DNA from: Nitrospirota bacterium
GTDB lineage: Bacteria; Nitrospirota; Thermodesulfovibrionia; Thermodesulfovibrionales; Dissulfurispiraceae
DNA length: 64,000 nucleotides
NCBI GenBank assembly: GCA_040758355.1
Contig: JBFLWF010000005.1
Coordinates: forward strand, 54,907-118,906
Direction: 5' to 3'
Shown: positions 19,863-30,010 of the stretch, piece by piece
How positions within the stretch are numbered: position 1 is the stretch's first letter
How the letters are laid out: each line of letters starts with the position of its first letter
Position numbers and translations under genes: made by a program
The notes under the pieces: generated by a model
Databases searched by the model: none
What the model was told of the DNA's origin: nothing
What the model saw: only the letters and a program-made list of their open reading frames with translations

Positions 19863-22312
19863 ACCTTAAACCAGCCTGCCATTGAGTTCAATTCTGTGGC
19901 AAGTCTTGATAGGTCTCCTGCTGCGCGTTTTATTTCAACAATGGAGTTGCCCAGTTCCCTCGTTATTACTGCAATGTTCTCCATATTATGGGAAACCTCC
20001 TCAGAAGCCGAAGACTGCTCCTCGGTAGCCACAGCGATCCTCTGAACCATGTCAGCAACCTGCTCTACATAAGCGACTATATCGTCTATGGACTTCAATG
20101 TACTGTTTACGTGCTCAAGCACCTTTCCGACAGATTCCCTTTCTTCCTTCATGAAATGCACAGAATCCGCAACCTCAGTCTGCATTGCCCTAACAGTGTT
20201 TCCAATATCGCCGGTTGCAACAGTTGTCCTTTCTGCAAGTTGTCTGACATTGTCCGCCACCACAGCAAACCCCCTTCCCTGCTCCCCTGCACGGGCTGCT
20301 TCTATAGCTGCATTCAATGCAAGGAGATTGGTCTGGTCTGCTATATCCTTTATCAATGTTATGACATTATTTATCTCCTCCGATTTCTGTCCGAGGGATT
20401 CCACCTTTTCTGCGGATTCCTTGACTGTATCGGCAAATTTCTGCAGTTCCTGCATTGTTATATGCATTGCATCTTTGCCCTGAAGTGCTATTTTCTTCAT
20501 CTTCTGAGCAGTATCCGCTGTGTGGGATGCATTCTTTGCCACATCCAGTGTTGTCTGTGACATCTCTGTCATTGCCGTTGCAGACTGCTCTATCTGCATG
20601 CCCTGTTCATGGGAGCCCTTCTCTATCGTAGTTGCGGTAGCCGACAGCTCCTCTGAGCTGCTTGCAAGACTTCCCGTAGATGTCCTTATCTTTCCGACTA
20701 TATCTTTCAGGTTCGATACCATTGTGCACATGGATGACTGAACTGTGCCAATCTCGTCCACAGGACGCGCACATATCTCGGATGTCAGGTCGCCTTTTGC
20801 CACATTGTTTGAAATCCCTATGAGTTCGTTTAAAGGCCTTGCTATGGACCTGTAAACCCATGTGCCAAAGGCAATGCCGAATACGATCGCACCTATTCCT
20901 ATGGCTGCAATGAGTATTGTGCTGAATCTCACCATCTTGTTCACCGTTCCGATAGATTTTTCCTGCTCTCCCTGAGCAGCGGTAACGGTCTCCTTTCCCT
21001 TTGCTGCCTGTTTCAGGACTATCTCCCTCAATCTCTCGGTAGCCTGCAAAGCCTTCTCCTTCATGGTAAGCTGATGTCTTATCTTTGCAATTATGCCGTC
21101 CCTTGCGAGCAGCATTCCTTTAATGGAATTCAATGCCGCTTTAACGCCATCGAGTGTCTTAACCTCTTCTTTGACCTCTAATTTTTTAAGCGCAGTCTCG
21201 ATGGGTTTAATTACATTATCTATTTTCTCAAAGGTCTTTTTGATCTCCGATTCTATAACATCGACTTCTTTTGTGCTCGATATCGAAGTAAAGAGCCTGG
21301 TCGTCAATCCCTCTACATGAGAACTGAGCGCAACAAGCTTCGAACTCCTTATGAGGGCGTTATTGGCTGTATTTGCCTCTACCACAAGGCTCCCCTGCCT
21401 TGCTGCCTCAGCCGCAGATTTTTCACTGGCAGATGCTATCTCTTGCTCTGTGTTCAATAAAATAGCCGAGAGTTTCTCTGTTACTCCTTTCAAGATTTCT
21501 TCGAATTTTGTTTTATCGGCACCGGTCTTTTCGAGTATTTCCATCTGGCGCTCTACAAGATTACCTATCCTTTCAGCGACGAGCTTGATATCGTCATGAA
21601 GGTGTTTGGATTCTTTCACATGCTCATTCTGCAATGCCTTATTTATTGCTGAATTGGCCTTGCCACGGGCTATGATAAGGGATTTCTTGTCGGTCGCTCG
21701 TTGTATCTCAAAAATGGAAACCTGTAAATCCTTTAATACCACCTTTAGATTCTCTATGTTTCTCATTTTCGATGTAATCACCTTTGTATCTTCCATCGAT
21801 GTATTAAAGGCTGCAGAACGGTTAAACTGGACGGATCTCACTTTTGTATCCATATCATCCAATTTCACAGAGGCATCTTTCAGCCTCTGAGTAATGGTCT
21901 TGTTTGCGGTAACCGCATCTTCTTCAGCCTTTAATCTGCCTTCCGTTATCTCGAAAACCTCTTTTGCTATACGGCTCAATTCATTGTAGGTCTCCATCTT
22001 TGAGCCCCCTGACAGAGACTCCAATGAATCCTGGGTATTCTTAACCTCTGACAGAGATTTTTCGGCTTCTGCGCGATGGGTCTTATATTCTTCCATGCTT
22101 TTCGATGCGCTTACCTTTACGAGATCGGCAGTAGTCCCCTGTATTGCCCTTTGAAGTTCGAGCGTCCTCACCTGATAAGGCGTACTCCGTTCCGTAAGAT
22201 AAAAGAGCTTGCTCTTAACAAACCCCATGCCTATAATGCTCGTGGCAGCAACGACGCCGACAATCACGATTACGATAATTACATTCCATGTCAGCTTGGT
22301 CTTTATAGTCAT
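19859..22312 (-). CDS. Methyl-accepting chemotaxis protein with a very large helical periplasmic domain
   Basis: TM1 at the N-terminus, ~430-aa helical region, TM2, HAMP, MCP signalling hairpin. Confidence 0.93.
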   Translation of the reverse strand: MTIKTKLTWNVIIVIVIVGVVAATSIIGMGFVKSKLFYLTERSTPYQVRTLELQRAIQGTTADLVKVSASKSMEEYKTHRAEAEKSLSEVKNTQDSLESLSGGSKMETYNELSRIAKEVFEITEGRLKAEEDAVTANKTITQRLKDASVKLDDMDTKVRSVQFNRSAAFNTSMEDTKVITSKMRNIENLKVVLKDLQVSIFEIQRATDKKSLIIARGKANSAINKALQNEHVKESKHLHDDIKLVAERIGNLVERQMEILEKTGADKTKFEEILKGVTEKLSAILLNTEQEIASASEKSAAEAARQGSLVVEANTANNALIRSSKLVALSSHVEGLTTRLFTSISSTKEVDVIESEIKKTFEKIDNVIKPIETALKKLEVKEEVKTLDGVKAALNSIKGMLLARDGIIAKIRHQLTMKEKALQATERLREIVLKQAAKGKETVTAAQGEQEKSIGTVNKMVRFSTILIAAIGIGAIVFGIAFGTWVYRSIARPLNELIGISNNVAKGDLTSEICARPVDEIGTVQSSMCTMVSNLKDIVGKIRTSTGSLASSSEELSATATTIEKGSHEQGMQIEQSATAMTEMSQTTLDVAKNASHTADTAQKMKKIALQGKDAMHITMQELQKFADTVKESAEKVESLGQKSEEINNVITLIKDIADQTNLLALNAAIEAARAGEQGRGFAVVADNVRQLAERTTVATGDIGNTVRAMQTEVADSVHFMKEERESVGKVLEHVNSTLKSIDDIVAYVEQVADMVQRIAVATEEQSSASEEVSHNMENIAVITRELGNSIVEIKRAAGDLSRLATELNSMAGWFKV

Positions 22313-22439
22313 AATACTCTCCCCCTTCCTTCAAAACCTCCCCCCTCATCCTGTCCTTCCTCCCTTATGAGAAAGGACAGTCTCCTCTTTAGCATGAGGA
22401 ATTTATTACTGTTAATTTTTGTTTTATCTTTATCCATTT

Positions 22440-23204
22440 CTACTGTTTTATATATTTCTGACCTTCGCCTTTTATGAAATCTATTAATTTCTGGACATTT
22501 GGAGACGGTTTGCCTTTAGTAAGCAGGATTATCGGCCTCGCTACTTCAGGGGTTTCAGGAGACTTTACAGTGGCATCAACAACCGCTGCAGGGCCTATCC
22601 CCACTGCCTCTGGATTCGATGCAACATTCTGTCTCACATCTTCTGCTGTTGTTGCTTCAAGGACATCCTTTGTCTGAGCCTGACCATCGAGCATATTCTT
22701 TACGAATAAACTGTTTGTTCCGGGAATGAGCTTGCCCCATACGACTATAATAGGCATATCTTTTCCGCCCACGTCCTTCCAGTTGGCTATTTTCCCGGTG
22801 AATATGCCCTTTAACTGCTCTTTTGAAAGCTTTGAGACAGGATTGTCTTTATGTAAAAGGACGATAATCTTATCCTTTCCGATGGTCACCTGCTGCAGTG
22901 ATGCCGGGTCTTTAACCTCTGCCCCCTCTTTTTTCATGAGGCCCATCCAGTCATCGAAGGTAAGGCCTGCTGCGGCGGCGTCAACAGTACCCTTTTCCAG
23001 ATCCTGCAGAGCAATCTTTGGTCCTGAAGCAATAATCTGAAGTTTTATTCCTGTTGCCTTTTCAAAATGTTCTTTTACGGGCTTCAAAACATTCTCCGTC
23101 GGTGCAGCGCCTGCCCCCACCTTGACTTCCTGTGCATAGGCGCTGATACTTAATGACAAAAGAAAAATAACAACTACTGCCAAAACCAGCCCATACCTTT
23201 TCAT
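22440..23204 (-). CDS. Periplasmic solute-binding protein (PstS/PBP2-like fold), no adjacent permease
   Basis: Signal peptide AYA|QE; HKDNPVSKLSKEQLKGIFTGKIANWKDVGG typical of PstS-like proteins; ATG 23204 after GGGGGAG. Confidence 0.85.
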   Translation of the reverse strand: MKRYGLVLAVVVIFLLSLSISAYAQEVKVGAGAAPTENVLKPVKEHFEKATGIKLQIIASGPKIALQDLEKGTVDAAAAGLTFDDWMGLMKKEGAEVKDPASLQQVTIGKDKIIVLLHKDNPVSKLSKEQLKGIFTGKIANWKDVGGKDMPIIVVWGKLIPGTNSLFVKNMLDGQAQTKDVLEATTAEDVRQNVASNPEAVGIGPAAVVDATVKSPETPEVARPIILLTKGKPSPNVQKLIDFIKGEGQKYIKQ

Positions 23205-23269
23205 ATTCTCCCCCAAAAATTAAGATATTGCCACCAAAGGTGGATAGTTAACGGTTTGAACCGTTAAGA

Positions 23270-24445
23270 TCAGAATCCGAATTCCTTCAAAAGGTCATCC
23301 ACATCTGCCTGGGAGACCTCTTCGGGAGTTACTTCTGCCTTTGCACCGTGTTCTATCTTTACTCCGAAGGTTGCTATCAACTTAACAAGCTCTTCTTCTA
23401 TGTCGCCCACAAGTTTAATCACCTTCTTTATTGTCTGGCCCGTAATATCCTGAAAGGACTGGGCAGTAAGTATCTCTGTCAGATCGTCCTCAAGTTTATT
23501 CTTAAAATCCTTTAAATAGGCTACAGATTCATCGGGTTCCTTGAGGTTTCTTATGTGCGTGGCAAGGTCGTCCATTCCGAGTATATATTTCTCGACTATG
23601 CCCATTGTCTTATTTGCTGCATCTTCTGTTTTCTCTATAACAAACTGAAGCTTGTCGATTGCGCTGGGCATATCCGTTATTGCCATGTCCTTAAGCCTCG
23701 GATCTATTGCCTCTTTGAAGCTCCTTATGGCATCGTGAAGTTTTCTTGTAACCTTTCCAACCTCTTTAAAAAGATCGCTCTGGCCTTTATTCATTATTTT
23801 CTGGATAGCCTCGTCAGCCTTCTCGTAATCCTGCGCTGCTATGGCATTCATAAAACCGACCATATCATCAAGGAGGGCGTATCTTGGATCGTTGGAGCTT
23901 ATACCCTTTTTCTCGAAAAAGTCCTTTGCATCCATCACTTCTTTGACCACCATCTCTCCACCCATCCCCTCTATTTTCTTCACAACCTCAACCTTATCGC
24001 CCGCCTCCTTTACCTCAAACACCTCTTCTTCAAAAATGCTCATGTCCTCAACAGGGATGAGCTTTTTTGTATCGAGCATCACGACAAGTTTATCATCGAC
24101 CTTTGCAACCCCCGATACAATATCGGAGGCATTAAAATCCGTGGGCGGCTCTATCTCCGACTCCTCTATCGTAATCACGCCGGTTATGCTGTCAACAAGA
24201 ACTCCAAAGGTAATGCGACCGCTTGTAACGACGATTACCTTTTCTCCAACAGTGCCGCCGTTCAAACCGGCAAGTTTCTTAAGATCCACAACAGGTATTA
24301 TTCTTCCCCTGAGATTGGCAATACCCTCTATATAACCGGGCGCCTGCGGCAGTTTTGTCAAAGACGGCAAGTTTATAATCTCCTGAACCTTTAATATTGG
24401 TATTGTGTATTCGTTGTTGTTCATTGTAAAACCTATATATTGCAT
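23270..24445 (-). CDS. CheW-CheZ fusion protein
   Basis: N-terminal CheW (KVQEII..GIANLRGRIIPVVDL..GVLVDSI); C-terminal CheZ-like (TEDAANKTM, AQSFQDITGQTIKKV, SQADVDDLLKEFGF). Confidence 0.85.
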   Translation of the reverse strand: MQYIGFTMNNNEYTIPILKVQEIINLPSLTKLPQAPGYIEGIANLRGRIIPVVDLKKLAGLNGGTVGEKVIVVTSGRITFGVLVDSITGVITIEESEIEPPTDFNASDIVSGVAKVDDKLVVMLDTKKLIPVEDMSIFEEEVFEVKEAGDKVEVVKKIEGMGGEMVVKEVMDAKDFFEKKGISSNDPRYALLDDMVGFMNAIAAQDYEKADEAIQKIMNKGQSDLFKEVGKVTRKLHDAIRSFKEAIDPRLKDMAITDMPSAIDKLQFVIEKTEDAANKTMGIVEKYILGMDDLATHIRNLKEPDESVAYLKDFKNKLEDDLTEILTAQSFQDITGQTIKKVIKLVGDIEEELVKLIATFGVKIEHGAKAEVTPEEVSQADVDDLLKEFGF

Positions 24446-24467
24446 ATATGCCCCTCCATAAAATTAT

Positions 24468-26219
24468 TTACTTACTCGTTTTAAATATTCCTCTTGAAAC
24501 TACTGCGAGGTCGAGGATTAAAACAACCTTTCCATCGCCCGTAATTGTTGCCCCCAGGATGCCGCACTCTTCGGACTCTATGCCGTTGATGGTCTTAATA
24601 ACAATCTCTTCCTGTCCTAACAACTCATCTACGGATATGCAGAATCTCCTGTCGCCAACTGTTGCAACAAGTACATAGCTGTTATCATGGTCTATTTCGG
24701 ACATCCTCCTTACACCAAGCACCTCAGACATTTCGAACATGGGCAAAACCTTACCGCGTATGGTCAATACCCTCTGGCCTGTTACATCCTTTATGTCGCT
24801 CTTTTTAACCCTGAGTGTCTCTTCTATCATGGACTGTGGTATTGCATAATACTCGCCGCCTATTCTCACCATCATTGCCTGAAGGATTGCAAGGGTTAAC
24901 GGCAGGCTTATTTTGAACGTGCTTCCGATATCCTTTTTAGTGATTACCTCAACATATCCATTCAGCTTTGCCACATTTGTCTTTACGACATCCATTCCAA
25001 CGCCGCGGCCGCTCAGTTCTGTGGAAACCTCCTTTGTGGAAAATCCTGGCAGGAATATAAGGTTTATTGCCGCATCATCAGACATCCTCTGCGCCTCTTC
25101 CTCTGTTATCAGACCTTTTGACAACGCCTTTTTCTTGACAGACTCAACGTCTATGCCCTTTCCGTCATCGGATACCTCTATAACAATCATCGTGCCCTTC
25201 TGATAGGCACTGATAATTATCCTGCCCTTCTTCAGCTTTCCTTTGGCTTCCCTTTCTTCAGGGGATTCTATGCCGTGGTCTATGGAATTTCTTATGATAT
25301 GCACAAGGGGATCGCCGATATTTTCTATGACTGTCTTATCCACCTCTGTATCTTCGCCGAATATTTCTAAATCAATGTCCTTTCCTAAATTCCTCGACAT
25401 ATCTCTGACCATCCTCGGAAACTTGCCGAAGACCTTCTGGATGGGCTGCATCCTCATCTTCATTACAGCTAACTGCAAATCCGATGTAACCCTGTCGAGA
25501 AATCCCGTTGTCTCAAGAAGGCTTTCAACATGAGGGTCTCCAGAATAGCTGAGGTCGAGTTTGGCAGCAAGGTTAAGGAGCCTGTTTCTCGCAAGCACGA
25601 TCTCTCCTGCGAGGTCCATTACCTTATCTATTCTCGACACATCGACCCTGAGCGTAGAGACAACCTCCCGCTCCTTTGTTATCTGCTGCACCTCTTCAAC
25701 AGCAGGTGAAGGTAAAGGTTTAGGTGACTCTGCTCTCACTTCAACCTTTTCCTCTGCTTTTTCTTCTATCTCTTCCTTTGCCTCTATCTTTTCCTTTTCC
25801 TTAACCTCTGCTTTTGCCTCTCCTCCTGCAACTGCCATTTCCAGAGCAGAATCCAGCCCTCTTAAAAGGTCTGATGTATCTTCCTCTATTCCATCCTTGA
25901 GTTTTATATGAAATATAAGAAGCCTTAAGGTATCCACGCTCTTAAGGATTACATCCATCAATTCCCGTGAAAGGGCGACTTCGCCGTCACGGAGCCTTTT
26001 CATGATGCTCTCTGCCCTGTGGGCAACATCCACAATCTGCTGAAAGCCCAGGAATCCTGCAGCACCCTTAAGGGTATGCATTCCCCGGAATATTTCATTG
26101 AGAATGTCCTTGTCATACCCCTTTGTCTCCAGCTCCACAAACATGGGGTCGATTTTTTCCAGAGTTTCTTCCGCCTCTGTAACAAATTCGCTTATAATCT
26201 CATCCATCTCGTCAGCCAT
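24468..26219 (-). CDS. cheA: Chemotaxis kinase CheA (no obvious P2 domain)
   Basis: FRGMHTLKGAA Hpt; HIIRNSIDHGIE; SGRGVGMDVV; C-terminal CheW-like domain. Confidence 0.97.
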   Translation of the reverse strand: MADEMDEIISEFVTEAEETLEKIDPMFVELETKGYDKDILNEIFRGMHTLKGAAGFLGFQQIVDVAHRAESIMKRLRDGEVALSRELMDVILKSVDTLRLLIFHIKLKDGIEEDTSDLLRGLDSALEMAVAGGEAKAEVKEKEKIEAKEEIEEKAEEKVEVRAESPKPLPSPAVEEVQQITKEREVVSTLRVDVSRIDKVMDLAGEIVLARNRLLNLAAKLDLSYSGDPHVESLLETTGFLDRVTSDLQLAVMKMRMQPIQKVFGKFPRMVRDMSRNLGKDIDLEIFGEDTEVDKTVIENIGDPLVHIIRNSIDHGIESPEEREAKGKLKKGRIIISAYQKGTMIVIEVSDDGKGIDVESVKKKALSKGLITEEEAQRMSDDAAINLIFLPGFSTKEVSTELSGRGVGMDVVKTNVAKLNGYVEVITKKDIGSTFKISLPLTLAILQAMMVRIGGEYYAIPQSMIEETLRVKKSDIKDVTGQRVLTIRGKVLPMFEMSEVLGVRRMSEIDHDNSYVLVATVGDRRFCISVDELLGQEEIVIKTINGIESEECGILGATITGDGKVVLILDLAVVSRGIFKTSK

Positions 26220-26235
26220 GTTTAGCCCCCTGATA

Positions 26236-26640
26236 TTATCCCGCCTTTAGGGATGTTTTCTTATCTGCTATCTTTTCAAGCTTCTCTTTCAATACCTCGG
26301 CTGTAAATGGTTTCACAATATAATTATCAACTCCTGACTTGATTGCCTCGATAACCTTTTCCTTTTCGGCCTCGGCAGTTACCATGAGGAATGGTATATT
26401 TTTCAGCGGCTCCGCCTCCTGCCTGATATTTCTCAGGAGGTCTATGCCTTCCATATTGGGCATGTTCCAATCAGATACTACTAATCCGTAATTTCCGCTT
26501 TTCAGTTTATTAAGTGCTTGCACACCGTCCTCAGCCTCATCTATATTCTCAAAACCTATTTGTTTGAGAAGGTTTTTCACTATCCTCCTCATCGTCGGGA
26601 AGTCGTCCACCACAAGCACCTTGATGCCAAAGTTAAACAT
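26236..26640 (-). CDS. cheY: Chemotaxis response regulator CheY
   Basis: [34 protein letters not shown] 26640 after GGAGGTG. Confidence 0.95.
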   Translation of the reverse strand: MFNFGIKVLVVDDFPTMRRIVKNLLKQIGFENIDEAEDGVQALNKLKSGNYGLVVSDWNMPNMEGIDLLRNIRQEAEPLKNIPFLMVTAEAEKEKVIEAIKSGVDNYIVKPFTAEVLKEKLEKIADKKTSLKAG

Positions 26641-27025
26641 TACCCTCACCTCCTGTACTAAACATCTTTTTAAGTATCTTTTTTATGCTTTCATTTATCT
26701 GATCCGCATTGGTGGGTTTGACCAAATAGTCGTCGGCGCCGGCTTCAAATGCCCTTTTCTTCTCATCCTCGTCAGCTTCTGTAGTAACCATGACAATGGG
26801 AATGTTGCTTAATGACGGGTCCGACTTCAAGTTCTTTGTCAGCTCTATTCCATCCATATAAGGCATGTTCATATCGGTAAGGATGAAGTTGATATTCTCT
26901 GTTCCCACCTTTTCCATGGCATCCAGCCCGTTTTCTGCGGTTATTACCTCGTATCCCTTGCCTTTGAGGTACAAACTTAACAATTTCCTTGTGGTTTTGT
27001 CATCATCAACAACCAATATCTTCAT
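26633..27025 (-). CDS. Second CheY-like single-domain receiver
   Basis: VVDDD..TDMNMP..VTTE..YLVKP. Confidence 0.9.
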   Translation of the reverse strand: MKILVVDDDKTTRKLLSLYLKGKGYEVITAENGLDAMEKVGTENINFILTDMNMPYMDGIELTKNLKSDPSLSNIPIVMVTTEADEDEKKRAFEAGADDYLVKPTNADQINESIKKILKKMFSTGGEGNV

Positions 27026-27041
27026 CTATAACCTCCACCCC

Positions 27042-27872
27042 TTATACTTTCTGATAGACAATTACCTTATTAATAACAATAGGTCTGAAAGCCCTCGTCA
27101 CATTGTGAAGGCTTTCTGACGTGCCCACAAACAGATAACCGTTCGGCCTCAATGCGTCGTACAGGTTGGCAACCGCCCTCTGTTTTGCCTTATCATCGAA
27201 ATATATGAGGACATTCCTGCAGAATATGATATCAACACCGCGTACTGCTTTTACGTCTCTGTCCTCTATAAGATTGACCTTCATGAACCTGGTCAGGGAT
27301 TTTACACTATGCGATATGGAATACTGCTGGTTGGCCCCATTAAAATACTTCTTTAAATACACTTCCGGAACATTCCTGATTGCATACGACCCATAAACGC
27401 CGGACTTTGCAGAGCTTAAAACAGACTCGCTGATGTCAGAGGCGTATATCTCTTTTCTAATGGCACCCGCCTCTAATTTCTCCATGAGTATCATTGCAAT
27501 GGTATAGGGCTCTTCTCCTGTTGAACATGCTGCGGACCATATCTTTATGTCCTTACGTCCGGTTTTGGTATTTTCAGCTATGATGCGGTTAAAAAGTTCC
27601 CCGGCAAAAACATCGAACTGCTGCGGCTCCCTGAAAAAGAATGTCTCATTGGTGGTCACCAGATTAAACATTATATTGAGCTCGTTTTTATCGGAACCGT
27701 ATTTCAGGATATAGAGGTAGTCTTCGTATCCCTTGAGATTCTTTTCCTGCACCCTTCTTCCAAGCCTGTTTTCGAGAAAATATTTCTTGTTATCGGGGAT
27801 GAAAATGCCGCTCCTCTCGTATATAAAATCCCTGAGTTGTTTGAAAACATCATCGGTCATTAATAGGCTCAT
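27042..27872 (-). CDS. cheR: Chemotaxis methyltransferase CheR
   Basis: TTNETFFFRE, WSAACSTGEEPY, FCRNVLIYFD. Confidence 0.97.
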   Translation of the reverse strand: MSLLMTDDVFKQLRDFIYERSGIFIPDNKKYFLENRLGRRVQEKNLKGYEDYLYILKYGSDKNELNIMFNLVTTNETFFFREPQQFDVFAGELFNRIIAENTKTGRKDIKIWSAACSTGEEPYTIAMILMEKLEAGAIRKEIYASDISESVLSSAKSGVYGSYAIRNVPEVYLKKYFNGANQQYSISHSVKSLTRFMKVNLIEDRDVKAVRGVDIIFCRNVLIYFDDKAKQRAVANLYDALRPNGYLFVGTSESLHNVTRAFRPIVINKVIVYQKV

Positions 27873-29734
27873 AGAGAGTTTAATGCCTCCTTTATCTTGT
27901 CTCTCACGTCAGGATTGGGATGTTCCTCGTGAACAGCCAATGCCTCGTATGCCTCCCTTCCGCCTATTTCACCGATTGCATCGATGGCAGACATGACAAC
28001 AGGGATAAATTCATCGTGGAGCATTGTGCCTATCATGCTTATGGCCTTTTCCTTATCGCATGAGAAGGCTATTGCCTTAATGGTATAAAATCGCACCCAC
28101 GGGTCGTCATCCTGCAGGGCATTAAATAACTCAGGAGGGCAATAGTGCGTCTCGCCGAGAGCTACCACCGCTGCTTTTCTTATATCAGAATCTCTGTCTC
28201 TCAAAAAACTGATGAGCATGGCAGTGGCGTCGTCGGTTGCAGTACGTCCAAGTCCGTATATTGCAGCTATCTTCACTTTCTTATTCTGGTCATCTGCAAG
28301 TTTCGAAAGAACATCCACATCAGATACGGTCTTCGCTATTATCTCACGGACATTGTCGCGGTACTTTGGCATATCAGCCAAAAAGATATCCGCATCTATC
28401 TTTATAAGTGATTCAACGATCTTTTCGATAACATCATAATACTTCTCCACCTCTAATAGATCCATCAATGCTTTAAATGCATCCTTTGCCTGTATATTGC
28501 CGAGGGCCTCTATGGCAGAGCGTCTGACATGGGCATCCACATCCTTCAAGGATACTTCGAGGAGGTGTCCCGTGGATCTCGGCTCTCCTATTTCACCGAG
28601 GGCCTCGACAGACGCCCTTCTTAAGTCCCTCCTCATGTCATCGAGATAATCGACCAGCTTTGAGACAGCCTTTTTGCTTCTGGTAGTGCCCAGTATTTCT
28701 ATGGCAAAAGACTTGCCCCTGTATTTCATGTCAGGCGAGTCGAGCAGATTCAATAATTCATCCTCCGAGTCCATAGAACTGATAGCATCCCTCAATAATA
28801 CAATCCTCTCTTCGCTTTCAGGCAACGACGGGTCTAAAGAACCTGCAATATCCACCAGCACAGGCACCGCCTCCCGGCAGTTTAAGGAAACAATGCCCTT
28901 CAGGGCTATCTCCTTTTCCTCCCAGTCTCCGTCCTTGAGCAGCTTTATAAGATGTCCCGACAGGTCGGCCATTTCAGGGGTAATCCCTATTTGGATAAGG
29001 CTCTTTATAACTGCACTCCCTTCATCAACAGACGCCTTTGGCAAATATCCTATCAGCGCATCCACAGCCTTGTCAGAGCCGAGCTTTCCCAATGCCTCGA
29101 TAGCAGCAAAACAGACTGCTGCAGACGAATTGGCGAGGAGGAACGCTATATCTCTCACAGCCTCCCCGGCCTTGAGCTCTCCAAGGGCATCGAGTGCAGA
29201 AAAACATACCCACTCTTCATCCTTAAGCGCCTTTATCAATTCCGGAATAGAATCCCTGTATCCCAGCAAACCAAGGCTCTTTGCGGCAGCAGCCCTTACA
29301 TTTGCGTTAGGGTCTTTGAGGAGCGGCATAATCATTGACGGCTCGACTCCTCTCTTTATATCTCCCATAAGGTCGATGGCAAACTTCCTGATATCATCGT
29401 CCTTATCCTTTAAGAGTGGGTAGAGGAGCGGCACTGCCACTCCGTCAAGTGCAGTGAGGATGATTAAAGCGGTATTTCTAAGATAGGAATTCTCCCTTAA
29501 CAGTGGCAACACCATGTAACCGGCGACTTCGCCTGAATAACCATCCCCCAGTCCTATAGCGATAAGGGAGCGCATCGAGGCATCCTGAACCCCTGCATTC
29601 TCATCGCTCAGCGCCTTAATAAGCGGATATATCGCCCTCTCGTCCCCTCCTGATAAATCTTCTGCAGCCCTCCTTCTTATAGAAGGGTCTTTATCACCGA
29701 GCTTCTGGATCAGTTTTTTAATGTTTTTGATCAT
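27869..29734 (-). CDS. HEAT/PBS-lyase repeat protein of the che operon
   Basis: Repeated L.D....VR..A..ALG.. units; overlaps the cheR start. Confidence 0.9.
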   Translation of the reverse strand: MIKNIKKLIQKLGDKDPSIRRRAAEDLSGGDERAIYPLIKALSDENAGVQDASMRSLIAIGLGDGYSGEVAGYMVLPLLRENSYLRNTALIILTALDGVAVPLLYPLLKDKDDDIRKFAIDLMGDIKRGVEPSMIMPLLKDPNANVRAAAAKSLGLLGYRDSIPELIKALKDEEWVCFSALDALGELKAGEAVRDIAFLLANSSAAVCFAAIEALGKLGSDKAVDALIGYLPKASVDEGSAVIKSLIQIGITPEMADLSGHLIKLLKDGDWEEKEIALKGIVSLNCREAVPVLVDIAGSLDPSLPESEERIVLLRDAISSMDSEDELLNLLDSPDMKYRGKSFAIEILGTTRSKKAVSKLVDYLDDMRRDLRRASVEALGEIGEPRSTGHLLEVSLKDVDAHVRRSAIEALGNIQAKDAFKALMDLLEVEKYYDVIEKIVESLIKIDADIFLADMPKYRDNVREIIAKTVSDVDVLSKLADDQNKKVKIAAIYGLGRTATDDATAMLISFLRDRDSDIRKAAVVALGETHYCPPELFNALQDDDPWVRFYTIKAIAFSCDKEKAISMIGTMLHDEFIPVVMSAIDAIGEIGGREAYEALAVHEEHPNPDVRDKIKEALNSL

Positions 29735-29762
29735 TAATTACCCCCATTGCAGAGTCAGGATT

Positions 29763-29800
29763 ATAGAATACAAGATGCAGGATACAAGATACAAGGTATC
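29763..29800. repeat. Heptamer array (AAGATAC-like)
   Basis: agaatac aagatgc aggatac aagatac aaggtat. Confidence 0.65.
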
Positions 29801-29804
29801 CACC

Positions 29805-30010
29805 ACATAAATTGAGCAATTCTTATTTTAGAATTATGTGTCAGGTGCTGCGAAAAGACTTTAAACCACGCACTTGTATTAACTTTTATCTTGTATCCGT
29901 CATCTACTACATTGGATACTCGATGGTTATTGCATTTATTCTCTCTCATATGCACTTGAAATAGCACTTTTTAAAGGCTTTGAGCAGTGCCTGACACATA
30001 AAATTAAGCA
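29805..30010 (+). mobile_element. ERIC/MITE-like palindromic element, copy 1 (termini eroded)
   Basis: Colinear with 30760-30981; arms tatgtgtcaggtgctgc / gcagtgcctgacacata. Confidence 0.7.

Noticed and set aside
22340..22382. ctgtccttc...gaaaggacag hairpin (and ttaacggtt/aaccgttaa at 23248-23267) as a riboswitch or terminator
   Set aside because: Short stems with no recognisable aptamer and no U-tract on the transcribed strand; at most degenerate REP-like sequence.
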